A DNA stretch of 46,621 nucleotides. It comes from Clostridia bacterium (GTDB lineage Bacteria > Bacillota > Clostridia > Oscillospirales > CAG-272). The stretch spans positions 1 through 46,621 of the forward strand of contig JAFTQT010000078.1 in assembly GCA_017462615.1 (NCBI GenBank), written 5' to 3'. Positions 29,337 through 38,696 of this stretch are shown here, piece by piece. The position numbers were made by a program, and so were the translations under genes. The notes under the pieces were generated by a model. That model was not told the origin of the DNA. It searched no databases and worked only from the letters and a program-made list of their open reading frames with translations. Within the stretch, counting starts at the first letter, position 1. Every line of letters begins with the position of its first letter.

Positions 29337-30650
29337 ATGAAAGCAGGATTTGCACAGGTCGATTTTACCCCTCCCTACGGTTACATGCCCGGGGAATTTG
29401 ACGGCTATTACGCCTTTAGCGCACATTTGCCCCTTTGTGCCAATGCTGGTGCCTTTGGCGAGGGCGAGGATACCGTGATCCTCATTTCCGCCGATTATAT
29501 GCAGTTCCCCACCCATTATGCCGATACCATCCGTAAAATGACCTCTGAAGCTACCGGCGTGCCGGTAGACCACATCACGCTGGCCGCTACCCACACGCAC
29601 ATGAGCTGCTCCTCCCCCGATAATTGCTGGAAATGCCCCGGCGAGCCCGAGATCGCTGCCGTGGTGGCCAAGCGTATCGCACAATCCGCCGTGGAGGCTC
29701 TTGCTGACCGCAGGGAGGCTACCCTTTCCGCCGGTATCACCGAGGAGCGGCGCTTCAGCTTCTGCCGCGACTGGGTGCTGAAGGACGGCACCGTCAAGTG
29801 CAACCCCGGCTACACCCGTGATGACCTCGATCACACCTGCGCTACCCCCGATTATCGCGTCAATGTGATGAAGGTGGAGCGCGAGGGCAAGCTTGCCGCT
29901 ATCATGGTGAATTACGCCAACCACCCCGATACGCACTGGGGCAAGGATCGCATGAAGTTCAGCCCCGAGTGGCCCGGCTTTATGCGCAAGGCTCTGCAGG
30001 AAAAGTACGGCGAGGACGTGAAGGTGCTGTTCTTCAACGGTGCCTGCGGCGATGTCAATGACCGCGATTTCGGTTTCAAGACCGATATCAACGGCGGCCA
30101 CCGCGATCCCTCCGCCAATCCCCCCGAGGTCATCGGCAACGGCCTTGCCGATACGGTCTCCAAGCTGCTGGATACCCTGCCTGCCGGCACGGCCGATGGT
30201 GAGGTCAAGGCCTTTGCCCGCGGCATCACCGTCAACCGTCGCCAGATCTCCAATAGAGAACGGAAATGGGCGGAGGACACGCTGAAAAGAGCCGAAAACG
30301 AGTACTTGAAGAGCTGGGAGTACGGCACGGCAAAGGCCTTTATGGAGCGTAGCCGGAACGTGCCCGAAACCGAGGAGTTTGTGGTGCAGGTGGTCAAGGT
30401 CGGCCCTTGGGCCATTGCTGCTATGCCTGGTGAGATCTACACCGAGCTGGGGCTTTTGGTCAAGGAGGGCTCTCCCTTTGAGCACACCGTAATTTCCGAG
30501 CTGACCAACGGCTCTCACGGCTACGTGATCCCCGATCGCGTGCGCGAGAACGGCTCCTACGAGGGTCGCTTCAGCTCCGGCACCACCGGCTTCGGCGCCT
30601 GCGATGCCATTGTAAAGGGCACGCTGGAAATGTTGAAGGAACTGAAATAA
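29337..30650 (+). CDS. Neutral/alkaline ceramidase-like metallohydrolase, paralog 2
   Basis: AATHTHM, NYANH, NGACGD, MPGEIY. Colinear with paralog 1 (FCRDW...GT.K.NP, YEG). Confidence 0.75.
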   Translation: MKAGFAQVDFTPPYGYMPGEFDGYYAFSAHLPLCANAGAFGEGEDTVILISADYMQFPTHYADTIRKMTSEATGVPVDHITLAATHTHMSCSSPDNCWKCPGEPEIAAVVAKRIAQSAVEALADRREATLSAGITEERRFSFCRDWVLKDGTVKCNPGYTRDDLDHTCATPDYRVNVMKVEREGKLAAIMVNYANHPDTHWGKDRMKFSPEWPGFMRKALQEKYGEDVKVLFFNGACGDVNDRDFGFKTDINGGHRDPSANPPEVIGNGLADTVSKLLDTLPAGTADGEVKAFARGITVNRRQISNRERKWAEDTLKRAENEYLKSWEYGTAKAFMERSRNVPETEEFVVQVVKVGPWAIAAMPGEIYTELGLLVKEGSPFEHTVISELTNGSHGYVIPDRVRENGSYEGRFSSGTTGFGACDAIVKGTLEMLKELK

Positions 30651-30668
30651 AATAAAAGGAGAAAAAAT

Positions 30669-32612
30669 ATGTTTCGTATCTACAAAGTGATCTCCCACCC
30701 CACCGTGGATTTTGCAGCCGAGGAGCTGCGTAAGTATCTCTGGATGATGATGCCCGAGTGCGGCGGCATCTCCGTGGAATACAAGCCCGACGCCACCGAT
30801 GGCTTCCGCCTTGGTCTGATGTCGGATTTCGGTCTGGATACCTCCGAGGCCGAGGATCTGTTCCTTGATGATATCCTGCACATCGATACCGACGAGCAGG
30901 GCGGCATCATCGCCGGCAGCAACCACCGCTCGGTGCTGCTTGCAGTCTATCGTTTCTTCCGCGAAAACGGCTGTCGCTGGCTCTTTCCCGGTGTGGACGG
31001 CGAGCTGATCCCCTTGCAGGATATCGTACCCGTTAAGTATCACAAGATGGCGGATTGCCGCTACCGCGGTCAGTGCAACGAGGGCGCGGAGTATCAGCCC
31101 AACATGATGGAGGTCATCGACTTCCAGCCCAAGATCGGCATGAACGTGTTTATGATCGAGTTCGATAACCCCAAGGTTTATTACGATTATTATTACAACG
31201 CGCAGCATAACACCGCCAACCGTGATCCCGAGCCCGTTACCGCCGATACCGTCAAGCAGTGGAAGCGTCAGTGTGAGGCGGAGCTGGCCAAGCGCAGCCT
31301 GCAGTTCCACGATATGGGTCACGGCTGGACGGCAGAGCCCTTCGGCATTTCCTCTACCAACGGCTGGGTGAAGGAGTTTGATAACCCCGTACCCGAGGAA
31401 TCCCGTGAGTTGTTGGCATTGGTCAACGGTAAGCGCGAGCTGCACGAGGGCGTGGCGCTGAACACCCAGTTCTGTATGTCCAGCTCCAAGGCGCGCACCA
31501 TCGTGGCCAAGTATATTGCCAATTACGCCGAGACCCATCAGAACGCGGATTACATCCACGTGTGGCTGGCAGACGCCACCCGCAACCATTGCGAGTGCGA
31601 CGAGTGCCGCAAGAAGATCCCCTCCGATTGGTACGTCATGCTCCTGAACGAGATCGACGAGTGCCTTACCGAAAAGGGACTCGCTACCCGTATCGTCTTC
31701 ATCTGCTACACCGACACCACCTGGGCGCCCACGGTAGAGAAGCTGCATAACACCAAGCGCTTCTCCTTCATGCTGGCGGCCATTACCCGTGTTTACACCA
31801 TTCCCGTGCCCATGCTGGTAGAGGAAAGACCCCTGCCCCCCTATCAGCTCAATAAGCCCGAGACCTTCCCCCTGACGGTGGAGGAATACATCCGTCACGC
31901 CAAGGCTTGGCGTGCTGCCGGCGAGTGCCCCTCTATGGTGTATGAGTACCATTTCTGGCTCCACCAGTACCGCGACCCCGGCGTGCTGACCTTCGCCAAG
32001 ATGATCTACGATGACATCCGCGGCTACCGCGCCAACGGCTTTGACGGTCTCATTGAGGACGGCAGCCAGCGCAGCTACTTCCCCAATGGGTTCCTCTTCT
32101 ACGTATATGCCGAGACGCTCTTCGATACCAACGTGAGCTTTGAGGCGTTGGTGAAGGATTATTTTGAAAGCGCCTACGGTGAGATTGCCGATGACGTGCG
32201 GAATTACCTTGCTGAGATCTCCGATGCCTTCAGCATGGAGTACATCATGAGCAACGACCGGGAGAGCAAGGGCTACTTCGATCCCAAGCGCGCCAAACAG
32301 ATTCGCGGGGTGAAGGATATCATTGCCAAGTATCAGCCCCTCTTTGCCGAGCATCGCGTCAGCTCCTACCGTGCCCGCACGGTGGCCATGCGCCTGCTGA
32401 AGTACCATATGGAATTCTGTGCCGGCCTTGCCGAGGCCTGGGTGCTGAAGGCCATGGGTGCAGATCCCGAGGCGATCGCTCGCTTCTATCAGCTGCAGGA
32501 TAGCTTCGGCCGTCTGGAGTATGAGATCGGCACGTACTTTGATCAGAGAATGTGCTTCTCGTCTTTGAAGCGACTGATCGATTCTCCCAAGACCTTCTAC
32601 GAGGCGGACTGA
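30669..32612 (+). CDS. DUF4838-like putative glycoside-hydrolase-fold protein
   Basis: N-terminal FAAEEL...IAGSN.RSVL.AVY....GCRW..PG segment, CECDEC motif, ICY; cytoplasmic. Confidence 0.65.
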   Translation: MFRIYKVISHPTVDFAAEELRKYLWMMMPECGGISVEYKPDATDGFRLGLMSDFGLDTSEAEDLFLDDILHIDTDEQGGIIAGSNHRSVLLAVYRFFRENGCRWLFPGVDGELIPLQDIVPVKYHKMADCRYRGQCNEGAEYQPNMMEVIDFQPKIGMNVFMIEFDNPKVYYDYYYNAQHNTANRDPEPVTADTVKQWKRQCEAELAKRSLQFHDMGHGWTAEPFGISSTNGWVKEFDNPVPEESRELLALVNGKRELHEGVALNTQFCMSSSKARTIVAKYIANYAETHQNADYIHVWLADATRNHCECDECRKKIPSDWYVMLLNEIDECLTEKGLATRIVFICYTDTTWAPTVEKLHNTKRFSFMLAAITRVYTIPVPMLVEERPLPPYQLNKPETFPLTVEEYIRHAKAWRAAGECPSMVYEYHFWLHQYRDPGVLTFAKMIYDDIRGYRANGFDGLIEDGSQRSYFPNGFLFYVYAETLFDTNVSFEALVKDYFESAYGEIADDVRNYLAEISDAFSMEYIMSNDRESKGYFDPKRAKQIRGVKDIIAKYQPLFAEHRVSSYRARTVAMRLLKYHMEFCAGLAEAWVLKAMGADPEAIARFYQLQDSFGRLEYEIGTYFDQRMCFSSLKRLIDSPKTFYEAD

Positions 32613-32624
32613 TCCATAAAGCCC

Positions 32625-32664
32625 CGCCCACGGTAGTGTAAATGCTGCCGTGGGCGTTTTTTTT
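32625..32664 (+). terminator. Intrinsic terminator
   Basis: cgcccacggtagtgt-aa-atgctgccgtgggcg followed by T8. Confidence 0.85.
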
Positions 32665-32711
32665 GAAAAGCTTATACATTTGTTGTTTACAGAATGTTTA
32701 CGGAATATTAA

Positions 32712-32740
32712 TTGAAACGGTTGGGTAAATATGCTATACT
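32712..32740 (+). promoter_or_regulatory. Sigma-A promoter
   Basis: TTGAAA, 17 nt, TGcTATACT. Confidence 0.65.
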
Positions 32741-32836
32741 GAAATTGAAAATCCTATTAAAAAAAGTGCAAGATAACTAATTATGCCGGGGTTTTATGCT
32801 TATGTGACACCATATGATGAAAGGGAGGGTGCTGAT

Positions 32837-33739
32837 ATGAAAAAGATGCTTTGCTTGATACTGATCGTTTTGCTGATCTTTCTCACCGCTTGTGCGTCGG
32901 GGCCGTCGTACAAAAAGGCTCAAAAGCTGTTATCCTCCTATGAGGGGGATGTGATCATTCGGACATATTGTGCGGAATTCCTGCAAGGCACTATGTTTTT
33001 CGTTTCCTCCGGATGTATAGACCGTGCTGTGGACGATGCCGCGACGCGCATTGTAAAGGGGCTTGCGGAATTAGAACTCACGGGAGAGGTGGAAGAGAAG
33101 ATCTCCGATGAAATTTTGAAGTTTGATATCGTTCAGAACGATCTCCACTTGAAAAAACACGAGGCGCTCGTATTGCCCGTGCCGATCGGCACGTACTGGA
33201 TAGAGGTGGATGACTTGATCTACCGCGTGACGGAGGAGCGTATTTGCTTGGTTGATACGCATCTCGGAGAGGGCAGGGTGCTGAAATATGACGAGACATT
33301 TATGCGCTATCTCAGAGCCGTTCGCGACTTCTGGCCGAATAATGGTTCTTCTGTTATGTATGATTGCAAAAGCGTGCAGACCGATGAGAACGGGTACGCT
33401 TTGCCCGCATATTCCTACAAGGCAGAGTCTGCGGTGGATATATATGTGACGGGCTTTACGCCTAATATCCCCCACGATACTCTTTTTTCGACATACCATG
33501 AGGTGCGCTTTACTATCGTGGCGCGTGAGGACTTTGAAGGTGAAGTGCACATCACGAGCAGAAAAGGCGATGCGGGCGACGAAGAGTCGTTTCACGTAGA
33601 TTTGAAAGCGGGCGAAACGGTGGAAATAAAAGCGGATACCTGGGGCTGGACTTCTGACTTCGTCACAGAGGCCTCCGCATCCAACACGTATGTAACTGTG
33701 CATTTTGTCAATATTCCTCAAGGCGATGCGTCTGCGTGA
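32837..33739 (+). CDS. Lipoprotein of unknown function
   Basis: RBS GGAGGG, MKKMLCLILIVLLIFLTAC signal with lipobox LTAC. Confidence 0.82.
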   Translation: MKKMLCLILIVLLIFLTACASGPSYKKAQKLLSSYEGDVIIRTYCAEFLQGTMFFVSSGCIDRAVDDAATRIVKGLAELELTGEVEEKISDEILKFDIVQNDLHLKKHEALVLPVPIGTYWIEVDDLIYRVTEERICLVDTHLGEGRVLKYDETFMRYLRAVRDFWPNNGSSVMYDCKSVQTDENGYALPAYSYKAESAVDIYVTGFTPNIPHDTLFSTYHEVRFTIVAREDFEGEVHITSRKGDAGDEESFHVDLKAGETVEIKADTWGWTSDFVTEASASNTYVTVHFVNIPQGDASA

Positions 33740-33743
33740 ATCA

Positions 33744-33789
33744 AGCAAAACGCCCGACAGATATTTCTGTCGGGCGTTTTGCTGTTTTT
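33744..33789. terminator. Bidirectional terminator
   Basis: agcaaaacgcccgacaga-tatt-tctgtcgggcgttttgct between convergent genes. Confidence 0.85.
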
Positions 33790-33812
33790 CTCACCCCGTT
33801 TGCGGGGATTTT

Positions 33813-35147
33813 TTATTTTTTCCGTTTTTGAACGTTGCCCTTTCCCTCGATTTCGGCAACTGTCGTCACGTGCTTGTGCTCAATGGGGCGCCATTCTACG
33901 TGACTGAAAAGCGCGGCAAGAGAAATGGGAATATAGGTCATCATAAAGATGGGGAATGAAAAAAGATACACCACGGCGCGCCACTTTTTACAATGGATGC
34001 TGTGCCATTCCGTTGCCAGCGTTATCGCCCCCACCACCAGCAGCAACGCATAAGCAAAGGTAAAAAAGGAGGCGATACACCCCAAAAGGGGGCCGGAAAA
34101 CCAGCCGTAGAGGATCAGATGCGCCACATAAAGGCCGGTGAGCGTGACCAACTGAATGAGAGAGAGCAAAAAGGCCGGCAGGATACTGAGCAACAGGTCG
34201 ATGCAGGGCCATCGCAGGCGTAGTGCGCCCTGTAAGAGTTTGCCGCCGTAATGGTAGCATACCTGGAAGAAGCCCTTGGCCCAGCGTTTTCTTTGCCAGT
34301 AGGATTGGCGGAAGGTTTCAGGCTGCTCGTCAAACAGCTCCGCGCCGTGGCAATAGCCCACCCGCTCTCCGTGGAGGACACTGTCAACGGTGAATTCGAT
34401 ATCCTCCGTCAGCAGAAAGTGCGCCCAGCCGCCGTTCCGTTCAATGATCTCCGCATCCACCAGGAACCCCGTGCCGGAAATGGCGGCGCTGGCCCCCAGC
34501 AGCGCCCGGGGATTGTTCAGATGGCGGGATTCCCGCAGAAACCACAGCCCGTAGCCCGCGCTGATCCAGTTGGTGCCGTAGTTTTTGGAATTGCGATAGC
34601 AGGTGAGGATCCGGTTTCCCGCCACGTGTGCCTTGTCCATTTCCGTGATGAATTGCGGGCGTAGGACGTTGTCGGCGTCAAAAAAGAGATAGGCGCTGTA
34701 GGCGCGAAAGCCCTCGGTGCGCTGAATGTGCGAAAGCAGAAATTGCAGCGCGTGTCCCTTTCCGCGAGGGCCGTCGCCATCCCGCTCCAGCACCGTTGCA
34801 CCGTGCTGCCGTGCCACGGCGGCGGTGCTGTCGGTGCAATGATCCGCCACTACGAATACCCGAAAGCGCTCCTGCGGATAGTCCTGTGCCGCAAGGCTCT
34901 TCAAAAGCTCCGGCAGCACCGCCTCCTCGTTGCGGGCGGCGATCAGTACCGCATAACGGCTGGTCTGATCAGTAGGCGGATAGCGTCTGGGGCGCTTGAT
35001 CAACGATACGAATATATACACGAATTGATAGGCGTACAGCACGGCCAGCAGAATACCGACGCCGAGGCTGAAGCCGAATCCGAAGCGCTCCACGGTGGTG
35101 AGCTTATGACCGTGGAGCAAAAAATCTCTTAAAAGCTCAAAAAACAC
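33813..35147 (-). CDS. GT2 processive-type membrane glycosyltransferase
   Basis: IAARNEE, FFDADN (DxD), LTEDI and QRKRW (QxxRW) motifs; N- and C-terminal TM helices; GTG start. Confidence 0.9.
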   Translation of the reverse strand: MFFELLRDFLLHGHKLTTVERFGFGFSLGVGILLAVLYAYQFVYIFVSLIKRPRRYPPTDQTSRYAVLIAARNEEAVLPELLKSLAAQDYPQERFRVFVVADHCTDSTAAVARQHGATVLERDGDGPRGKGHALQFLLSHIQRTEGFRAYSAYLFFDADNVLRPQFITEMDKAHVAGNRILTCYRNSKNYGTNWISAGYGLWFLRESRHLNNPRALLGASAAISGTGFLVDAEIIERNGGWAHFLLTEDIEFTVDSVLHGERVGYCHGAELFDEQPETFRQSYWQRKRWAKGFFQVCYHYGGKLLQGALRLRWPCIDLLLSILPAFLLSLIQLVTLTGLYVAHLILYGWFSGPLLGCIASFFTFAYALLLVVGAITLATEWHSIHCKKWRAVVYLFSFPIFMMTYIPISLAALFSHVEWRPIEHKHVTTVAEIEGKGNVQKRKK

Positions 35148-35157
35148 GTTTTTTTCC

Positions 35158-35937
35158 TCAATTCTCTGGGTGGGCTTGGGTTACGCGCCTGCCGCCTGTA
35201 AGGCGGGCGACGAGCAGCACCAGCAAAAAGGGGCCGAAGGCCTGGATCACCCACATCAAAAGGGTGAAGAGCGGACGGGGCAGTCGATACAGAAGCGAGA
35301 TGGGTGTGCCGGGAAAATCTCTTGAGAGAAACATCAGATTAGCGATCTCGGTGCCGGTGACAAGGTCGTAGACATGGTTCACAAGCAACGCCGCCGCGGC
35401 GGTGATGGAAATGGGGAGCGCAGCCAGAGGAAGGTCCGCTGTTTTGATGCGATAAAGACCGCTCAAATGAAGGGCAAGTCCCATATACACCATGGCCCCG
35501 TGCAGAAGAAAGCTATATAGAGAGAGGAAATGCAGCGCGGGGTAGCTTGGCAGGGACGTGGCGGGCACCAGTAAAAATACAATGCCTCCCACAAGACCGC
35601 CCGTAGCAAGGAAAATATCGCCGCAGAGGCGGAGGCGTCCGCGCCCTGCACCGCTGAAGAGCCCTGCCGCCAGCGTGATGCTGCAAAAATACAGCGGCAC
35701 GAATTCGTTGGGGTTTCGGGTGCCGATGCGCAAGAGGGCAAAAAGGATCTTGCCCACCTCCAGCAAAAGCAGAAAAAGCGTAAGATATAAAAAGATGCGG
35801 CGGAGCTTTTTTTCTGTAAACAGGCGGGTGACCCGGAGTGCCGCTGCCATCACCAGCAGCGTGCCAAGCAGCAGCAGCCCGTGGGCGGCGGTGAAAAGCC
35901 CTGCCGGCGGCAGCGTATTGGGCAGCGCAAAAAACAA
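35158..35937 (-). CDS. YwaF/TMEM164-like integral membrane protein
   Basis: F...H, PLYFCSI, F..HG and ANLMFL motifs, multiple TMs. Probable TTG start at 35937 after RBS GGAGGG. Confidence 0.7.
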   Translation of the reverse strand: MFFALPNTLPPAGLFTAAHGLLLLGTLLVMAAALRVTRLFTEKKLRRIFLYLTLFLLLLEVGKILFALLRIGTRNPNEFVPLYFCSITLAAGLFSGAGRGRLRLCGDIFLATGGLVGGIVFLLVPATSLPSYPALHFLSLYSFLLHGAMVYMGLALHLSGLYRIKTADLPLAALPISITAAAALLVNHVYDLVTGTEIANLMFLSRDFPGTPISLLYRLPRPLFTLLMWVIQAFGPFLLVLLVARLTGGRRVTQAHPEN

Positions 35938-36045
35938 AGCACGTTTCCCTCCCTTCGGATGATGTAGAAACGTGCAAAGCACCGCCGGGGAAAGCGTGCC
36001 GCAGCGTAGCGGCGAGATCCTCGGCGGTGTCGGTATGTGTATGTG

Positions 36046-37254
36046 TTATTTCTTTGCGCTGAAAAAGAGAAGTGCAACGGCGGTGCTCCAACGCAGCCCC
36101 CCGGCAATGACGGCAGCCACGGCAAAGCCCCAGACGTCAAAAAGAAGGGTGGCGGGGATGCCGAGGCCGATGAAGCAGAGGGCGAAAAGACCGTTGGTGT
36201 AGATCTGATAGCGCTTTTTGCCGAAGCGCACCAGCAGCGCGGTCAGAACGGTGGTGGTGAAGTACAGCACCTCGGAAAGGCTTCCGAGAATCAGATAGGG
36301 GGCAACGGCCGCGCGCTCCGCGGGATACAGCAGCAGGAGCGCCAAATACCCGCCCAGCGCCGCAGCGCCCGTGCAAAGCAGAATGACACAGAGGCTGACG
36401 GGAACGAGCCACCCCAGCGTCCGACGGCGCAGCCCGCCCTCGTAGCGGGCGAGATGGCCAAGCAAAACGCCGGAAAGGGGCGTAGAGACCAGGGACATGG
36501 TCTTGCCCACCAAGGTGGAGAGATAATAGACCGTAACGGCGGCAGGGCCCACCAGCAGCTTCAGCATCAGTCGGTCGGCGTTGAGAATGAGGTTGCCCAC
36601 GCCCTCGGAAAGACAAAGCAGCAGTAGCGCCCGCAGGGTGCTTTTTTCAAGATGCACGGCGGATGCTCCACCGCCCCGCAGCTCCTTTTCTGTGAGGTAT
36701 GCCATCAGCACGCCCGCAAGCTCGCCCGTGAGGATGGCAAGGGGCCAGATGCCGGTGCGGCAAAAGAGCAGTGCGCCCAGCACGTAGCCAACGCCGATGG
36801 TAAAGTAATAGAGAAAATAGCGGCGGTAGCAGAGCGTGATCTTATAGATCACGTCGGCGTAATACCGAAAGGCCATGGCCACGAACACCAGATAATAGGT
36901 GACGGTGGTGGGGAGATCCATGGAAACGCCACCAAAGCGGCGGATAAGAAGGCAGAAGGGAAGCCCCAGCAGGGAAACGGTCAGCAAAAAGCGGTTGTAG
37001 GAGCCCCCCGCGCCTTCTCGCTCCCTTTGGGGTGCGGTGATGCGGGAGAGATTGGCCGCTGTGCCGATGGAGACCGTTCCCACGTTGACGAAGGCCATCA
37101 GATATTGCAGCTCACCGTAGCGTACCTCGCCCATCATACGCGCCAGCAGCGGATAAAGCAGCAGCTGCGCCGCCGCTTGCATCAGCACAAGCCCCAGAAT
37201 ACTGTAGGTTGTGTCCCGCAGCTTATCCTTGTTGGCCTTCAGGTGCTCGATCAT
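36046..37254 (-). CDS. Wzx-like polysaccharide flippase / MOP-superfamily membrane protein
   Basis: About 12 TM segments, YP.LAR.MG...YG start, NADRLML..L.G..AV..YY motif. ATGA overlap with the upstream gene. Confidence 0.7.
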   Translation of the reverse strand: MIEHLKANKDKLRDTTYSILGLVLMQAAAQLLLYPLLARMMGEVRYGELQYLMAFVNVGTVSIGTAANLSRITAPQREREGAGGSYNRFLLTVSLLGLPFCLLIRRFGGVSMDLPTTVTYYLVFVAMAFRYYADVIYKITLCYRRYFLYYFTIGVGYVLGALLFCRTGIWPLAILTGELAGVLMAYLTEKELRGGGASAVHLEKSTLRALLLLCLSEGVGNLILNADRLMLKLLVGPAAVTVYYLSTLVGKTMSLVSTPLSGVLLGHLARYEGGLRRRTLGWLVPVSLCVILLCTGAAALGGYLALLLLYPAERAAVAPYLILGSLSEVLYFTTTVLTALLVRFGKKRYQIYTNGLFALCFIGLGIPATLLFDVWGFAVAAVIAGGLRWSTAVALLFFSAKK

Positions 37255-38423
37255 GCCAGTGCCTCCAGGATCGTGGCTGCCGTTCGAGCAAGCGTCTCGT
37301 CGGTGATGCCAAGGGGGAGCGGAATCAGCAGGGTGTCGGTGAGAATGCGACGGGTAACGGGCAGATCACCTACCGGGCGGCAGCTACCGCTTGCGCAAAC
37401 CGATGCCAGCAGGCTTGCCTCCTCGGCAGAAAGGAAGGGATAGCAGGGAATGCCCCGCTGACGGAGCTTTTCCAGCACCGCCCCTGCATTCACCCCCTCC
37501 TTACAGGCGAGGGGAAACGCCAGCGGCGCGGGATGGGTGTTGGGCAGGGCTTCGGGCAAAGCAAGGCGGTTGGCCACGGGCTGCAACGCCTCCCACAGCC
37601 GAGCGGTAGCCCTGCGGCGGGCATCTCCCACCTGGGGTAGTGCCGCCAGGCGTGCCGCGTCAAGATCCGCTTGCAGGGGAGTGGGTGCGAGGGAAAGCGT
37701 GCTCTCCAAAAGCTCCTGCGCAACGGTAGAAAGTGCATCGTCACGGGTGTAAAGTAGCCCACAGCCGCCCCCGTGGGGTGAGAGGGGCGAAAGGCTGCCG
37801 ACGCCGAGATCCCCCACGGTGCCGGTCTCGTATCGTGTGCCGTCAAAATCAAAGGCGGCGCCCAGCGCGCGGCCGCTGTCCTCTATGAGCCAAAGCTCGT
37901 AATCATTGCAAAAATTCCGCACCGTTTTCAGGTTAAATGGATAACCGAGGGTGTGAGAGAGCATTACCGCCCGGGTGTTGGGAGAGAGCGCCCGATCCAG
38001 CTCCTTGGTATCGATATTGTAATGTGGCAGCGTCACGTCCACCAGCACCGGCACGGCGCCAAAGTCTTTGATCGCCGCAATATCGGTGGCATCCAGACCC
38101 ACGGTAATGATCTCATCACCTTGGCGCAGCGACCTCTCCCCCAAAATCGGTGAGGCGAGCGTGAGAAGTGTCAGCCGCACAGCGTCGGCGTGGCTTGCCG
38201 TTTTGTGCGCGTGGGCGACGCGCAGGTGGCGCGTCAACGCCTCCTCCAGCCGCTCACTTGCTTCCGCCTCGGTCGCCTTGGTCGCGTCAACAGAAGGGGG
38301 GAGTGTGGAAAAACACATACCGTTATGGCACTTTTTCGCACTTTCTTGCACTTTTTCATAGGCTTCCTTCAGCAGAAGAAGGGAAGTGTCGTTATTGGAT
38401 GTGGCTTGGTTGTTATCATACAT
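37251..38423 (-). CDS. DegT/DnrJ (RfbH-like) PLP-fold protein with a degenerate active site
   Basis: L..GDEIIT, GAVPVLVDV, HTLG.PF, LWLIED...LGA, TGT.GD motifs. The lysine/histidine loop is not recognisable. Start MYDNNQ at 38423 with RBS GGAGGG. Confidence 0.7.
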   Translation of the reverse strand: MYDNNQATSNNDTSLLLLKEAYEKVQESAKKCHNGMCFSTLPPSVDATKATEAEASERLEEALTRHLRVAHAHKTASHADAVRLTLLTLASPILGERSLRQGDEIITVGLDATDIAAIKDFGAVPVLVDVTLPHYNIDTKELDRALSPNTRAVMLSHTLGYPFNLKTVRNFCNDYELWLIEDSGRALGAAFDFDGTRYETGTVGDLGVGSLSPLSPHGGGCGLLYTRDDALSTVAQELLESTLSLAPTPLQADLDAARLAALPQVGDARRRATARLWEALQPVANRLALPEALPNTHPAPLAFPLACKEGVNAGAVLEKLRQRGIPCYPFLSAEEASLLASVCASGSCRPVGDLPVTRRILTDTLLIPLPLGITDETLARTAATILEALA

Positions 38424-38519
38424 GAGAGTCCCTCCGCAGCATGCCGTGTCCACACAGCATATTTTCCCTCTTTTTTGCGGTTCCATACGCGGTGTGAGCG
38501 GCTTCCAAATTCTGTCAAG

Positions 38520-38548
38520 ATTATAGCATATTTTTCATCAAAAAGCAA
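38520..38548 (-). promoter_or_regulatory. Sigma-A promoter of the glycan operon
   Basis: Minus strand TTGCTT, 17 nt, TGcTATAAT. Confidence 0.6.
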
Positions 38549-38618
38549 GTCTTCCCCTGTTTTTTGTACCCCACGGCAGTATGCGGTGGCGCATAAGGCC
38601 GATCCGGGGGCGGGATTC

Positions 38619-38647
38619 TTGACATTTGGCCCTCCATATGGTATAAT
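38619..38647 (+). promoter_or_regulatory. Sigma-A promoter of the aldehyde dehydrogenase gene
   Basis: TTGACA (38619-38624), 17 nt, TGgTATAAT. Confidence 0.82.
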
Positions 38648-38696
38648 CCTTGCAGTCCAATAGATGCAAAAAGCCTTGAAACGATGGAGGTGGCGC

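Noticed and set aside
29163-32408. 1081-aa minus-strand ORF
   Set aside because: Antisense to the hydrolase operon, which has an RBS, promoter, terminator and motif support.
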